This document shows positions 27,091 through 41,400 of a DNA stretch of 64,000 nucleotides, one piece after another. The stretch is taken from NCBI GenBank assembly GCA_951406725.2, contig OX597818.1:133424001-133488000 (forward strand). Reading direction: 5' to 3'. Position numbers and translations under genes: made by a program. Every line of letters starts with the position of its first letter. Positions within the stretch are counted from its first letter, which is position 1. The notes under the pieces are model-generated. The model ran no database searches. It saw only the letters and a list, made by a program, of their open reading frames with translations, and had not been told where the DNA came from. This DNA is from Octopus vulgaris. Its lineage: Eukaryota.

Positions 27091-27619
27091 GAGAGTAAAA
27101 ATAAAGTATATCTAAAGTGGTAGGAATGCGGAGACCAGTGTATTGCTGCATAAGGTGATTATTTAGTTAAATAAGTTATTTTTTATGAAACATAACTAGA
27201 CTGGGAACCTTTTGATACCACATCATATATCAACTCTATGGAATTTAAGGAATTCCCATTGTATATTCAGTAACAAGAGCATTCTCACTGTATGATGACA
27301 TCTGGTAGCCAATAACTTGGATGGGCTTTGCATAGAATACCACAAAATTTTTACCCAAATCTTAACATTATATACATCATCGTATGTATATACATCGTAT
27401 GTATGAATGTATGTATGTATGTATGTATGTATGTATGTATGTATGTATATATATATATATATATATACACATGAAGTAAAAGAGAAAGACTTGGTATGGC
27501 AGATAGACAGATTACATAATGTAGATGTGGGTTCAGTGCTACTATATGGTACATTGAGCAATGTCATCCGTTTTCCATTAATATGTATGTGTGTGTGTGT
27601 GTGTGTGTGCATTCATATA

Positions 27620-28185
<566 letters not shown>

Positions 28186-28374
28186 TCATCTGTAAAAAAC
28201 ATAAATCCAAAAGAAGGAAACTTTAAGATATAGACCAGTGTATATTAAAAATAGGGAAGGCCAACAGGTTTCAGGATCTGATGATAGGCCATAAAGCTAA
28301 ACCCTTTATGGATGGGAAACTTAATGCAATCCCATAAACTGGCCTTCACCATTTTTAATTTATATACATATATA

Positions 28375-28888
28375 CCTATATATATAAAACTGTAGTTGTG
28401 TGAGTGTCTGTCCTCTTCGATTTAGATTCCTAACTACTCCCACATTTTGCGGTGCAGTTTAACCAAATTCGGGTATCTTATAGTCGTGATTCATATCGAG
28501 CCCATCTGGGTATTAGCACATGTCTACGAAGAGTCTACGATTTTTAAAATAATTTAACATCATTTTTTATTCCATTTTAATGCATAATTTTTCGTATGTC
28601 GATGGCGGCGGAGTTGGCGTCCACGCTCACACCTGCACCTGTTTGCTTCTCCCCCCTTCTTCCCTCCCTCATGAAGCTGTGGGGAAGGGAGTGTAAGGAA
28701 ATGAACGTCGTAAAGCGTTGTCAAGGAGACCAGCGTTCTTTTAGAACAACGACTTCATGGCTTGAAGACACCAAAACAGAAATGGCTAAGAAAGCCCGAA
28801 TTGGCATCTATAAGGGAAGTAACTCTCTAAAAATGCTTATATAGTTATTTCCCTTACAAACCTGAGCAACGCTGGGCGATACTGCTAG
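28375..28888 (+). mobile_element. Non-autonomous Helitron (longer variant of same family)
   Basis: cctatatatataaaa start; shared block tttagattcctaactactcccacattttgcggtgcag; end cctgagcaacgctgggcgatactgCTAG. Confidence 0.82.
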
Positions 28889-28933
28889 TATATATATATA
28901 TATATATATATATACATGTTTATATATATACAT

Positions 28934-28975
<42 letters not shown>

Positions 28976-28992
28976 GTTTATATATATATACC

Positions 28993-30290
28993 ATCATCAT
29001 CATCTTCATTTAATACCCACTTTCTATGCTGGCATGGTTGGACGGTTTGACTGATGACTGGTGAGCAGAAGGCTGCATCAGGCTCCAATCTGATCTGGCA
29101 AAATTTCTACAGCTTGATGCCCTTCCTAACGCCAACCACTCCAAGAGTGTAGTGGGTGCTTTTATGCACCACCAGCACGAGGGCTAGTCAGGCAGTTCTG
29201 GCAATGACCATGATCAAAAGGATTTTTTTAAGTGCAACCTGCACAGGAGCCAGTCCAGCAGCACTGGCAACGACCACACTTAAATTTTGTTTTTCATGAT
29301 CCACTGGCACTTGTGCTAGTAAGGCGACATGGGCAATGATCATGCTCAAATGGTGCGTTTTATGTGCCACTGGTATGGGAGCCAATGAGCGGTCTTGGCA
29401 ACGATCATGCTCAGACAGTGCTTTTAATGTTCCACTGGCACAAGTGCCAATTAGGTGGTACAATCATCAGCCATGTCAGTGATTTTGATATTGATTTCAC
29501 TTGCCTCAACAGGTCTTCGCGAACAAAGTTTATTGCCCAGTGAATGAGGGGTATTCATAAGTGGGCTGGTTACATGCACTGGCATAGGCCATGGGTTATG
29601 GTCTCACTTGGCTTGTTGGGTCTTCTCAACCACAGCATATCTCCAAAGGTCTCAGTCACTAGTCATTGCCTCGGTAAGGCCCGATATTCAAAGGTCTTGC
29701 TTCACCACCTCATCTCAGATCTTCCTGGGTCTACCTCTTCCACAGGTTCCCTCAACTGCTAGGGTATGACACTTTTTCACACAGCTGTCCTCATTCATTT
29801 GCAACACATGACCATACCAGCGCAGTTGTCTCTTGCACACCACATCTGATGCTTCTTAAATCCAACTTTTCTCTCAGGGCACTTACACTCTGTCATGTAT
29901 GCACACTGATATTACACATCCAGCGGAGCATACTGGCATAATTCCTTGCAAGCCTACATGTGTCCTCAGCAGTCACAGCCCATGTTTCACTGCCATGTAG
30001 CATGGATGTTCATACATGTGTCATACATGTGTCATACAGTCTACCTTTTACTCTGAGTGAGAGGCCCTTTGTCACCAGCAAAGGTAGGAGCTCTCTGAAC
30101 TTTGCCCAGGCTATCTTATTCTAGCAGCTACACTTTCAGAGCATCCACCCTGCTCCTGACTTGGTCCCCTAGGTAATGGAAGCTATCAACTACTTGTAGT
30201 TTTTCTCCCTGGAATGTGGCAGAAGCTGTTTTCTGCACATTTTCAATGCTTATAGCACCTGAGCCTTTGCCACATACAAAAACTATCTTC
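28993..30290 (-). mobile_element. RTE LINE 3' fragment (end of ORF + 3' UTR with (GAT)n tail)
   Basis: Minus strand contains decayed RTE C-terminal motifs (RWYGHV, RGRPRK) followed by the 3' UTR shared with the short RTE-tail repeats elsewhere in the window. Confidence 0.8.
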
Positions 30291-30739
30291 CCAATATATA
30301 TATATATATATCATCATCATCATCATCGTTTAACGTCCGCTTTCCATGCCAGCATGGGTTGCACGATTTTACTGAGGACTGGTGAACCAGATGGCTGCAC
30401 CAGGCTCCAATCTGATCTGGCAGAGTTTCTACAGCTGGATGCCCTTCCTAATGCCAACCACTCCGAGAGTTTATATATACCAACTCTGACCCACCACACA
30501 TCCCAAATTTTATTTTGGTTTGCGGGAGCAACTAATTCTCGAAGACACATATTGTCATGAATAGCTTGTAATGATAAGTAAATAAACAGCCGACAACTGA
30601 TGAAGGGTCGTTCCTTGTGTTGCTTGTCTGTTTTTTTCCATTTGTTTCTGTCTTTGTTCGCATATCCAGGTTTGCCTTCATATTTCATGTTTTCATATTT
30701 CATATTGTTTACGTTTTGTGACATCCTGTACCCCTGTAT

Positions 30740-30820
30740 GCATATATATAGACATATATGTGTAAGTAGTACATATATGGATGTATATATACATATATAT
30801 ATACACACACATATACATGC

Positions 30821-30865
<45 letters not shown>

Positions 30866-30867
30866 GT

Positions 30868-30912
<45 letters not shown>

Positions 30913-30971
30913 TAGATACATATATAGACACACATATAGATACATATATATACATATATATATATATACAC

Positions 30972-31004
<33 letters not shown>

Positions 31005-31440
31005 CATATATATACATATATATATATATATTCATATATATCATATATATACATGTATATATACATATATATACATATATACACATATATATATATACAT
31101 ATATACACACACATATATATATACATATATACATATTTATATATACATAGATTTATATACATATATGTACATATATATACATATATACATATATATATAT
31201 GTACATATATACATACACATATATATAGATAATATACATATATATATATACATACATATACATATATACATGTATACATGTATATATATATATAGCCATA
31301 TATACATATACATATACATATATATATACGTATATCCATGGACATATACATATATATGTATATACATATATATATATATATATATACACACACATATATA
31401 TTCATATATATACATATATATATATAAATGTGTGTGTGTG
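30740..31440. repeat. Degenerate (AT)/(ATAC) microsatellite block
   Basis: Read directly. Similar blocks lie at about 19770-20050, 22970-23050, 32060-32395, 37930-38218 and 52940-53157; (GT)n at 55424-55622; (CAT)/(TAT)n at 16925-17065. Confidence 0.95.
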
Positions 31441-32290
31441 TTGTATTATTATTCATTATGTTTTAATTATAACACAGATATCAATCCATTACACTTCCAA
31501 AATTTTGCATATCTAATATAAATATATTTCATACATTGAATTCATGCACCTACTCCTGTACCCAACAATATATTCAATTTAGGCAACATATACATTTATA
31601 AGTTAAAAACATTCCAATATGGAAGACTATTTATTAAGTAGCAACATCAATTACAAGCACAGAAATAATTTATAAATTATCTACAATTTGTTATTGTGTG
31701 AGGCAGGAATATATACATAGATACATAGATACATATATACTCACACACGTATATGCATGTATATACATATATAAGTATATTTCTTCTCAAGCTGTAAGTA
31801 ATTATTTCTCTTATTCTAATAAATGTATTTTGATGTTCATATTGTTATAAAGGATTTTGCAATTTGTTGTTTTATTAATCAGTTTCTGTATATTTGCCTA
31901 CTCAGTAAATTACTATTCTGACAGGAAGTTTTAGCTTAATTGAATTGTTTATTTCAACAAATATTTCTAAATGAGATAATAAATAAAGTATACAATGTAA
32001 ATTAAAAATTATGATTAAACCAAAGCAATCTTTTAGGAGTGCCAAAATAATGTTTGATATATAAATACACACACACACACACACACATATATTAATTTAC
32101 ATATAAATACATATATATATACATATATATATATAGTATATATACATAAATATTTATGTACATATACATATACACACATAAATATTTATGCATACATATA
32201 TATATATATACACACACATACATTCATGTATGTATATATATATATGTACGTATATATAAATATTTATATATGTGTGTGTGTGTGCATACA

Positions 32291-32396
<106 letters not shown>

Positions 32397-33553
32397 CCTA
32401 ATAGTAATTTCTAAATTATCCGTCAAGAGATTTTTTTCCTTATAATATTGAAACATTTTAAAGTATTGACAAGTTTATATCCATCACAGTTTATAAGTAT
32501 TATTAAAGTTTACAGCAATTACATGTAACACATTTTGAGTGATGTTATACTAATTATATGCTGTTAATACATTAACTTTTACAAACATATTCATATTGTT
32601 ATAAATGAAACATGACTTTTTTTTTTGTACTTGTGCTTTAAGTTATCAATAGAAATTTTGCTAACTAAATTTACTCTTTTCTGTTTTCAGTTAGAAGCTG
32701 AATTTGTGTAAGATTACATGGTTTGTTTCTAATCTTTTTTATCATTCTGTGATATTCTCATCATTATCACCATCATCAACTTTTCCATGCTTGCCTGTGC
32801 CAGATGATATCTATTGAGGCAGATTTCCCAGCAGCCAGATGACTTTTCTGTCACCAGCATCACACAAAATGCTTTACAGTATTCCTTCCAGCTCTTTATG
32901 TTCTGAGTTCAAATGCCACCAATGTCAACCTTGCTTTCATCTTTTCAGGGTCGATAAAATAAGTACCAGCTGGGCATTGGGGTTAATGTAATCAGCTTGC
33001 CACGTCCCTTCAAAATGACTGGCTATGTGCCAAAATTAGATAGAAGGAATATTAATGTGTTCAATTTGAAATCATGTCATTCTGTTACTATAGCAAGATT
33101 TCCCTGGCACATACAATGTGGTATTTTTTTTTTACAATGTGCTAGTATTTTATGGTAATATACCAGCAAGAATAGTACTTCAAAATTTAGTTTCTATTTG
33201 AAATTTTAATGAGACAAAAACAACAAAAAACTTCTTTACAATCTATTTTCCTGGCTTTATTCTTATGAATATACTTCTTTTTGACAGATTTTTATAATAA
33301 AATTTAATCAGCTTTTCCTGTAATATTAATTTAATGATCTATCATACCTTACCAATTGGTTTTTACTTATAATCAAAAGTGTAAGAAAAATGTGTCATGG
33401 GGTAAATCACACCTAAGTACAAGCATTATGCAGCATAAAATTCCCTTTGGTCTATCATACCTGCTCATTAACATAGAAATGCTAAAAATGCTTTTACCTC
33501 ACATACTGAGAATCCTTGCTACATCATTCCTTATACTCCACGATTATCTTTAA

Positions 33554-33774
33554 CCCTTTAGCATTTAATCCGGCCATATCTGGCCCAAATAATCCATCTG
33601 TTTTATGTTAAAACTGTCTGGATCCAACCTCTCACACCTACCCTACAATATCATTTTAAAAATATATAGCCACACCATTTAAATTTTGAAGCAGCAAAAT
33701 AATATGTGATTAATTCAAAAACAGTATGGATAAATAAGCAATAAATTTCACTAAGAAATCTGAATGCTAAAGGG
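33554..33774. mobile_element. piggyBac-type MITE
   Basis: ttaa|ccctttagcatt ... aatgctaaaggg|ttaa. Confidence 0.88.
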
Positions 33775-34498
33775 TTAAAACATATTTAAGTGAAAACTAA
33801 AAATGGTATATCACATGCATCTGAACTGCTTTGTATTTCAGACTAAACCAAAAATATAACAGAGTGCTATCAGAGAAATATTTAATATGCTTCTGTTTTC
33901 CTTCTCTCATCTTAAATTCATTTCCTAAGCATTCAGCTGTGCAAGAAATTCACCAATACAGAACTGGGTCTGAAATAATTTACATGGAATCCAGTAACTA
34001 TACATATTCCTTTTGAATATTATTTTCTTCTTTCAGTCAAGACACGGTTCTTTTGATCCCATGCCGATGACTTCCACTTTTTTTGTAATTCATCTATAAT
34101 TTCAATAAGAAAAGAAAAAGTAGCTACTAAATTATTGATGAATACTTTAAATGAAACAGCATTATATGAAATTATTGCTTTTGATTGAACAATAGCAAGA
34201 GGACCAGGACTTAAATATTCAAAGGTAATATTCTCCAAATGAGGGGTGGGGGCAATAAGTTGATGATCAAATACGATTTTCTAAACAAAAATATGTGAAT
34301 GTTATTATTGCTGCAGCTACTGCTGTTCCAAGTAAATTTTAAAATACATCAGCCCCTATTTTTCTCTAACCATTATGGTTCAATTATTGCATTTGTTCTT
34401 CGTAGTTTTCTGAGAGCAATAAGTAATAATTACTTCATACATAGACACAAAGTCATACATTCTGAAGAAGAAACCATTTCACAAGTATATATTTAATT

Positions 34499-34729
34499 AA
34501 GGCGGCGAGCTGGCAGAAACGTTAGCACGCCAGGCGAAATGCGTAGCCGTATTTCGTCTGCCGTTACGTTCTGAGTTCAAATTCCGCCGAGGTTGACTTT
34601 GCCTTTCATCCTTTCTGGGTCGATAAATTAAGTACCAGTTACGCACTGGGGTCGATATAATCGACTAAATCCGTTTGTCTGTCCTTGTTTATCCCCTCTG
34701 TGTTTAGTCCCTTGTGGGTAGTATAGAAA
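34499..34729 (+). mobile_element. SINE (family B) with 13-bp TSD
   Basis: TSD tatatatttaatt at 34486-34498 and 34730-34742. More decayed relatives lie at about 3455-3660, 15940-16135(-), 32860-33040, 42652-42860, 46505-46715, 50710-50855 and 59105-59308(-). Confidence 0.9.
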
Positions 34730-35792
34730 TATATATTTAATTGTCTACAAAATGATAGGAGGCAAAGCTGACTGCTGTGAGATTTGAATGTAACATGAGA
34801 TGGGTTAAACTAAATACTGGAAAGCTTTTCATCCATCACTCACCAACTTTATGCCAATGATATAACATGTATTCATTTTTCAGTGCATAGATGGTTAGTT
34901 TTTATAAAAGATGAGCAATAGATAATTGAGTATATTACTGTTAGCTCCAAGTATTGTAGATTTAGTTAAACTGCTTCCCTGATAATTGCATAATTCAATT
35001 AATGGAATGATTAATTACATAACTTCTCAAAACATCAAACTGTATAGAATCAAATGTATTTAAAATTGATCATTTAATTGCATATGCTAATTAACAAGTA
35101 GCTTGTACTCATAAATATGCATAGGTGATGAAGTCAGCAGAAGTTTTTTTTATATAGATTATTTGCTTAAAATATCTATTACAATGAGATATACAGTAAG
35201 TCTGTGTGTGTGTGTGTTACCAATCATATTCTTAGAATGTCAAGGGCTATACATTCCATTACCAAAAGCTGCAGAGAAGGCCACTAGGTGACTTTGGATA
35301 AATAAGGGAGCCCTGTGATTTGCTGCTACTAGGATCAAGCAATACTAAGTCAACTGGGTGAATAGGTCTGATGTTAAAAGTTCTGAATCCTCTAATAACC
35401 ACAGGAACATCACTGAAAGTTCATCCCAGAGGATCCACAAGATGTATCTTGGAACTAAGAACTATGCATATATATATTTATATAATATTATACACACACT
35501 TATGCATATATAAATTATAGTAAATAAATATTGCTATTTTTCTGTATCAAGTTTTTTGTTAAACAGATGCATGCAATCTGAAGAATTCTCTATTTAGCAT
35601 GAAACTTAAAATCATTTTTAGAGGAGTGATAACAAGAATCTGTCATGTCCTTAAGAAATCTTACTATGCATCGTAATTAAAGCCAAACTAAAATACAAGC
35701 ATGCTCTGATCTAAAGCAAGCATGGGTTAGCTGATGATTTAATGTTCCCTTAAACCACCGTGTCATAAAAAAAATTTTGATTACACAACTCG

Positions 35793-35943
35793 TGTGTGGT
35801 AAGTAGCTTGCTTATGAACCACATGGTTCTGGGTTCAATCCCACTGCGTGTCACCTTGGGCAAGTGTCTTCTACTATAGCCTCGGGCCGACCAAAGCCTT
35901 GTGAGTGGATTTGGTAGACGGAAACTGAAAGAAGCCCATCGTA

Positions 35944-35984
<41 letters not shown>

Positions 35985-36237
35985 GTATATATATATATAG
36001 ATAGATAGATATTTGTGTATATGTTTGCGTATCTGTGTTTCCCCCCCCCCCCCCATCGCTTGACAACCGATGCTGGTGTGTTTACATCCCCGTAACTTAG
36101 TGGTTCGGCAAAAGAGACCGATAGAATAAGTACTAGACTTACAAAGAATAAGTCCTGGGGTCGATTTGCTCGACTAAAGATGGTGCTCCAGCGTGGCCAC
36201 AGTCACAAGACTGAAACAAGTAAAAAAGTAAAAGAGT
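35793..36237 (+). mobile_element. tRNA-derived SINE (family C)
   Basis: Matches 26692-27090 and is slightly 5'-truncated. A further partial copy lies at 8503-8735(-). Confidence 0.88.
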
Positions 36238-37036
36238 AACTCAAATTACTTTTTTATAATATAGAGTTGAAATATTGCTTTAAAGTATAGATATATAGAC
36301 TCATACAAAATATACTAAGATAGATATACTTAACAGACATATTCGTCCTAAATCTGTAAGAAAATTGTGTTCATTTTTTTTGTTGTTGTTTGTTTTCTAT
36401 ATGACATGTCATATCCAAACATATTTGAATGAGACATACACCTACCTGTTCAGAACTTTGCAGATCTTAGAAACTAGAAAATTCCTATTGTAAATTAAAG
36501 CAAAATTTTCTTCAGTTCTGACACTTTTTACAGTAAAATAACATAAAAGATACATATTTAAATACTTTATGAAAACTAAATGTATTAATCCACATAAAAG
36601 CTTTCCAGTTTAAAGAATTTAAAGTTTTTTCAAATCAGATTTGTCTTTTCTAATTGGATATGTATAAAATTTTTGCAAAAAGATTTCCATCATAAAATAC
36701 AGATAGATTTCAGAAGAGATATCTAAATAAGCAAAAATAAATTTTAAAATTTGATAAAATATACAGTATATTTATCTTAAATCTTTCTTATGTATGAAAC
36801 ATCAATGATAGGATTTAAAATTTTACACACGAAAAGGAATTAGTTTATAAATAAATAGAAAATTTTCTTTTCATTATAAGATAATATTTAAAGAATAAGT
36901 TAAAAGCAGTCAATAATTTACTTTAATTACAAGAAGATGGCAAAATTTATTTCTTTGAAGATTGTAAATAATCTCTTTGTTTCTCTTTACATAGGTGTTT
37001 ATCTTTGTAAGTTTGCGTGTGAGCATACACACACCA

Positions 37037-37069
<33 letters not shown>

Positions 37070-37201
37070 AATATCGATATATATATAAATATCGATATAT
37101 ATATAAATATAGATATATACATAAATTTGTATATGCACATAAATATTTATATATACATTTCTATTTACATATATATATATGTGTGTAGATAGAGAGATAG
37201 G

Positions 37202-37233
<32 letters not shown>

Positions 37234-37367
37234 TAGATAGATTTACAGACACATACATAAATTTACATATACATACACAAATACATATAAACATAAATAC
37301 ATAATAACATATGTGATTGTGCGCTTACATGATTTATATTTATAAATATATATGGCTATGTAGTATG

Positions 37368-37622
37368 TGGAGGCGCATGGCTTAGTGATTAGGGTGTCAG
37401 CATCATGATCATAAGATTGTGGTTTCGATTCCTGGACCAGGTGATGCATTGTGTTTCTGGAGCAAAACACTTCATTTCACGTTGCTCCAGTCCACTCAGC
37501 TGGCAAAAATGAGTAACGCTGCAATGGACTGGCGTCCCATCCAGCTGGGGAACACATACGCCATAGAAACCAGGAAACCGGGCCCATGAGCCTGGATAGG
37601 CTTTAAAAGAGCGCATTTATTT
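37368..37622 (+). mobile_element. tRNA-derived SINE (V-SINE-like core)
   Basis: A box tggcttagtga, B box ggtttcgattcc, core atggactggcgtcccatccag...gaaaccggg, (TTTA) tail. The V-domain assignment is from memory. Confidence 0.72.
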
Positions 37623-37996
37623 ATTATTTTTATGTAGTTAAGATGTATACCTCCCAACCACTTGGTTTTGGGTTCAGCCCCATTGCACAAGACCCAGGCT
37701 GACCGAAGCCTTACGAATGCATTTGACTGACAAGAAACCGAAAAAATGCCCATTGTATATGAGTGTGAGGATACACACATGTGCATGTATGCATGGATAC
37801 TGTGCATAAGTGTGAATGTGCATGTGTTTGTGGCATTCTGTCTTTACATCACAGGAATCATGTAAATGAATGTCATATATTTTCAATATTCTGTGAAAAA
37901 AAAAATCCAAAGCAGACATTATATCAATGAGGATATATATATATATATATACACACATATATGTATATATATACATATATGCATATATATATATCC

Positions 37997-38035
<39 letters not shown>

Positions 38036-38104
38036 TATATACATATATACATATATACATACATATATATACATATATATATATATACATACATATATAT
38101 ATAT

Positions 38105-38173
<69 letters not shown>

Positions 38174-38217
38174 CATATATATATACATATACATATATAT
38201 ATACATACATATATATG

Positions 38218-40928
38218 ATTGATTGATTGATTGATTCTAGTTTCAGCTTATGAGCTGTGGCCATGCTGGGGCACCGCCATTTTGTGTTGCTACTTGGTTT
38301 CACTTCATGGAGGCTTTCTAGCAGCTGCTATTTGGTGCATGAGAGAGTTCGATGCAGCTGCCCTCATCTGCCCCTCCTGCCGTGAAGTTGGTTCATCTGG
38401 GACACCTGACAGGAAGAGATCCAGCTTCATTTTAAAGACATCTGTATCCACCCCATGCAGGTCTCTCAGGTTCTTCGGGAGGATATTGAAGAGCTGTGGG
38501 CCTCGGAAGCCCAGGCTATCACAGAATCTTGTCCTACATCTTGATGGCAGGTTTGGAGTCCTAGGCACCACGCAGTGGCGCCCAGTTCTGGCATTTGCGT
38601 AACTCTCGATGCCAAAGTTCAGGACACTTCCCTCCAGGATCTTCCAGATGTATATTATGGCATATCTTTCCCGCCTACGCTCCAGGGAATATAATTTTAA
38701 TCTCTTGAGTCTTTCCCAGTAGCTTACATTCTGCATAGAGGCTATCTTCTTTGTGTAGCTTCGTTGGATCGCCTCAAGTTCTGTGATCAACTTGACACTG
38801 GATGGTGACCATAGCTGAGAGCAATAGTCAAAGTGGCTTAGTCAAAGTGTCTTCCAGAGGACCATCATGGTTTCTTGTTCTCTTGTTCTAAAGGTTCTAA
38901 GAATCCATCCAGCCAGCCGTCTACATTTCATTGTCAGTTTAGCAACATGTACATGAAAGGTCGCGTCATCACTCATGTGAATACCCAGGTCACGCACTGA
39001 TTGTGCCTCTGGGATTGCAATCCCTCCGGGTCCAGTGTATTCATTGGGTATTGCATTCAGTTTTGCATGCTGATAGTATAAAGCTTGAAACTTTCCAGCA
39101 TTGAACTGCATGCTATTCTTTTCAGCCCACTTGTATATTTCGTCCAGCTCACATTGCAGGTGTTTAGTGTCCTCAGGGTTCTGTATTGCCTGTGAAACTT
39201 TTGTATCATCTGCATAACTTGTGATCGTGGCTCTCTGCGTGGCTGAGGGCATGTCTGAGAGGGCCATTATGAACAGTAGTGGTCCCAGAACAGTGCCCTG
39301 CGGAACACCGCTCACTATTTGTGTGTTAATGGAGGTGGCCCCATTGGCTACTACCACCTGACTTCTATCCTTCAGAAAGTCATGAAGCCATTCTCCCAGT
39401 TTTCCAACTATGTTGAGATCACGCAGTTTGTGACATATCATTCCATGATCGACTTTATCAAAGGCCTTTGCAAAGTCGAGATATATGACTTCCACATTTG
39501 AGTGGTTGAGCAGCCGTTTCAGCACCCAGTCATAGTGTTGTAGGAGCTGAGTTAAACAGCTTCTCCCTGGTCGGAAACCATGTTGGGTGTCGGGCAGCAA
39601 GTCATTCTCTTCAAGGAAGGTGATCAGCTTCCTTCTGACTATTCGTTCCATGACCTTGCTGATGTGTGAGGTCAGAGAGATAGGTCTATAGTTCTTGGCT
39701 TCCGCTCTGCTACCTCCTTTATGAATGGGGCATATTTTACCTTCCTTCAGTTTTCCTGGAAGTTTGCCAGCTGCAAGGAAGCTCTGAAAGAGGAACTGCA
39801 GTGGTCTTGCTAGGACTCTCTTACATGCTTTTAGGAGGATTGCCGGGAATCCATCGGGGCCAGTAGCTGAGTTTGTTTTCATTTCATCTATAGCCTTGGT
39901 TACATCATCTTCCTTTATATCGATGTAATCTATCGTCGCCGCCTCTGATTTTATATCTGCAGTGGTAAAAAAGTCAGTTGGATTGGTGATTTGGAGATGC
40001 CCAAGGGGTGGAGTGAAAACACTCTTGAATTGCTCATTCAGTATTTCACTTACCCTCATTGGTTTTCCTGTAAGTGTGCCATCCTTTTCGAGGAGTGGCC
40101 CTATTCTACAGTGCACTGTAGCTGTTTCTTTGGCATACCTGTAGAAAGCTCTGGGGTTAGATTTTATGTTTTCTATAGCCCAGGCTTCTTTGTCTGCTCT
40201 TTCTTTTTCATGGGAGAGTTGCAGACATTTTTCGATTTCCAACAGTTTTATTTTTAGGCGGGACTTTTCACTGCTTTCAATCTGTTTGTTTAGGCGATTT
40301 GAAAATTTCGTACGCCGTCTCATTAAAATTTTCCTCTCTCTGGGGATTTTGTTCTTGTGTACAGTGGCCTTTCTCTCTGGGACACATTTGTAGCATATGG
40401 CTTGCATTACAGACATGAATTGTTGAAGTTTCACGTCGATGTCTGGCGAGGAGAGACATTTAGGCCAGTTTTGTTTGAGGATCTCTTTCTCAATTTGTTT
40501 CCAGTTTGCCTTATGGTAGTTCAAGCTGGAAAGATTTTGAGGGTTTCTTGTAGGCTGCATGTCCGTGCTCTCTTTTGGCCCGTACATGGTCAGCTCTATC
40601 ATGTTGTGATCCGAGAGTAGTGTCGGTGTCACTTTCACATTATGGATGAGATCCATGTCATTTGTGAAGCAGAGATCCAGTGTGTTACCTGCCCTGGTTG
40701 GTTGGAATATTACCTGCTCCATGTACAGGGTGTTGATGAGGTTCAGGAGGGACCTCGCCTGTCCTCGTTCACATCTTGTCATTCCTGGGAGAGAAAGGCC
40801 CTCGGGCCATCTGACATTGGGCAGATTGAAGTCTCCCATAAGAAGCACACCTATGTGTTGTTCTAATGTGGTTAGAATTTCTTCTATTTTTATAAGGCAG
40901 TCTTCAAACTTGCCCACATGGCTTGGGG
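38218..40928 (-). mobile_element. 5'-truncated CR1-group LINE (partial APE endonuclease + reverse transcriptase), one premature stop
   Basis: APE motifs GDFNLP, TRAGNTLDL, SDH; RT motifs NYRPISLTS, QHGFRPGRS, YLDFAKAFDKVDH, SGVPQGTVLGPLLF, YADD; C-terminal LYSLERRRER. ORFs 38842-40989 and 38305-38790 are in the same frame, separated by one TGA. A short 3' UTR ends in (AATC)n. The MYIYIC N-terminus is flanking microsatellite. Confidence 0.95.
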
Positions 40929-41400
40929 CATATATATATATACACATATGGCTTGGGGCATATATATATATACATATATATATATACATATATATATTTT
41001 TTTTCTTGTTTCAGCTCAGAGCTGCAGCCATGCTGATGCACATACATATATATATATATATATGAAGAGGCACATATTCTATGGTTGGTTTCCATTCTTG
41101 TTGCCAACCATTACTTTTTTTAAAACCAAGCTAATATTTCCACAATGTCAGGCATGTTTTTCATGGAATACTGGAAATTAACAATACTGGAAATTAACAA
41201 CACTGCTTGTATGACGGTGATGCTCACTTACAATCAGCCCATGATATGAAGACATGGATACACACAAACACTCACACACACAAACATACATATTCATATA
41301 TGTCCAACCCATGCTAGCATGGAAAACGGACGTTAAACGATGATGATATATAAACTACAGGCTTTTTCCAGTTTCCATCAAGCAAATCAACTCACAAGCT

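Noticed and set aside
34020-34238. 72-aa minus-strand ORF as a kinesin exon
   Set aside because: No kinesin similarity and no clear splice boundaries.
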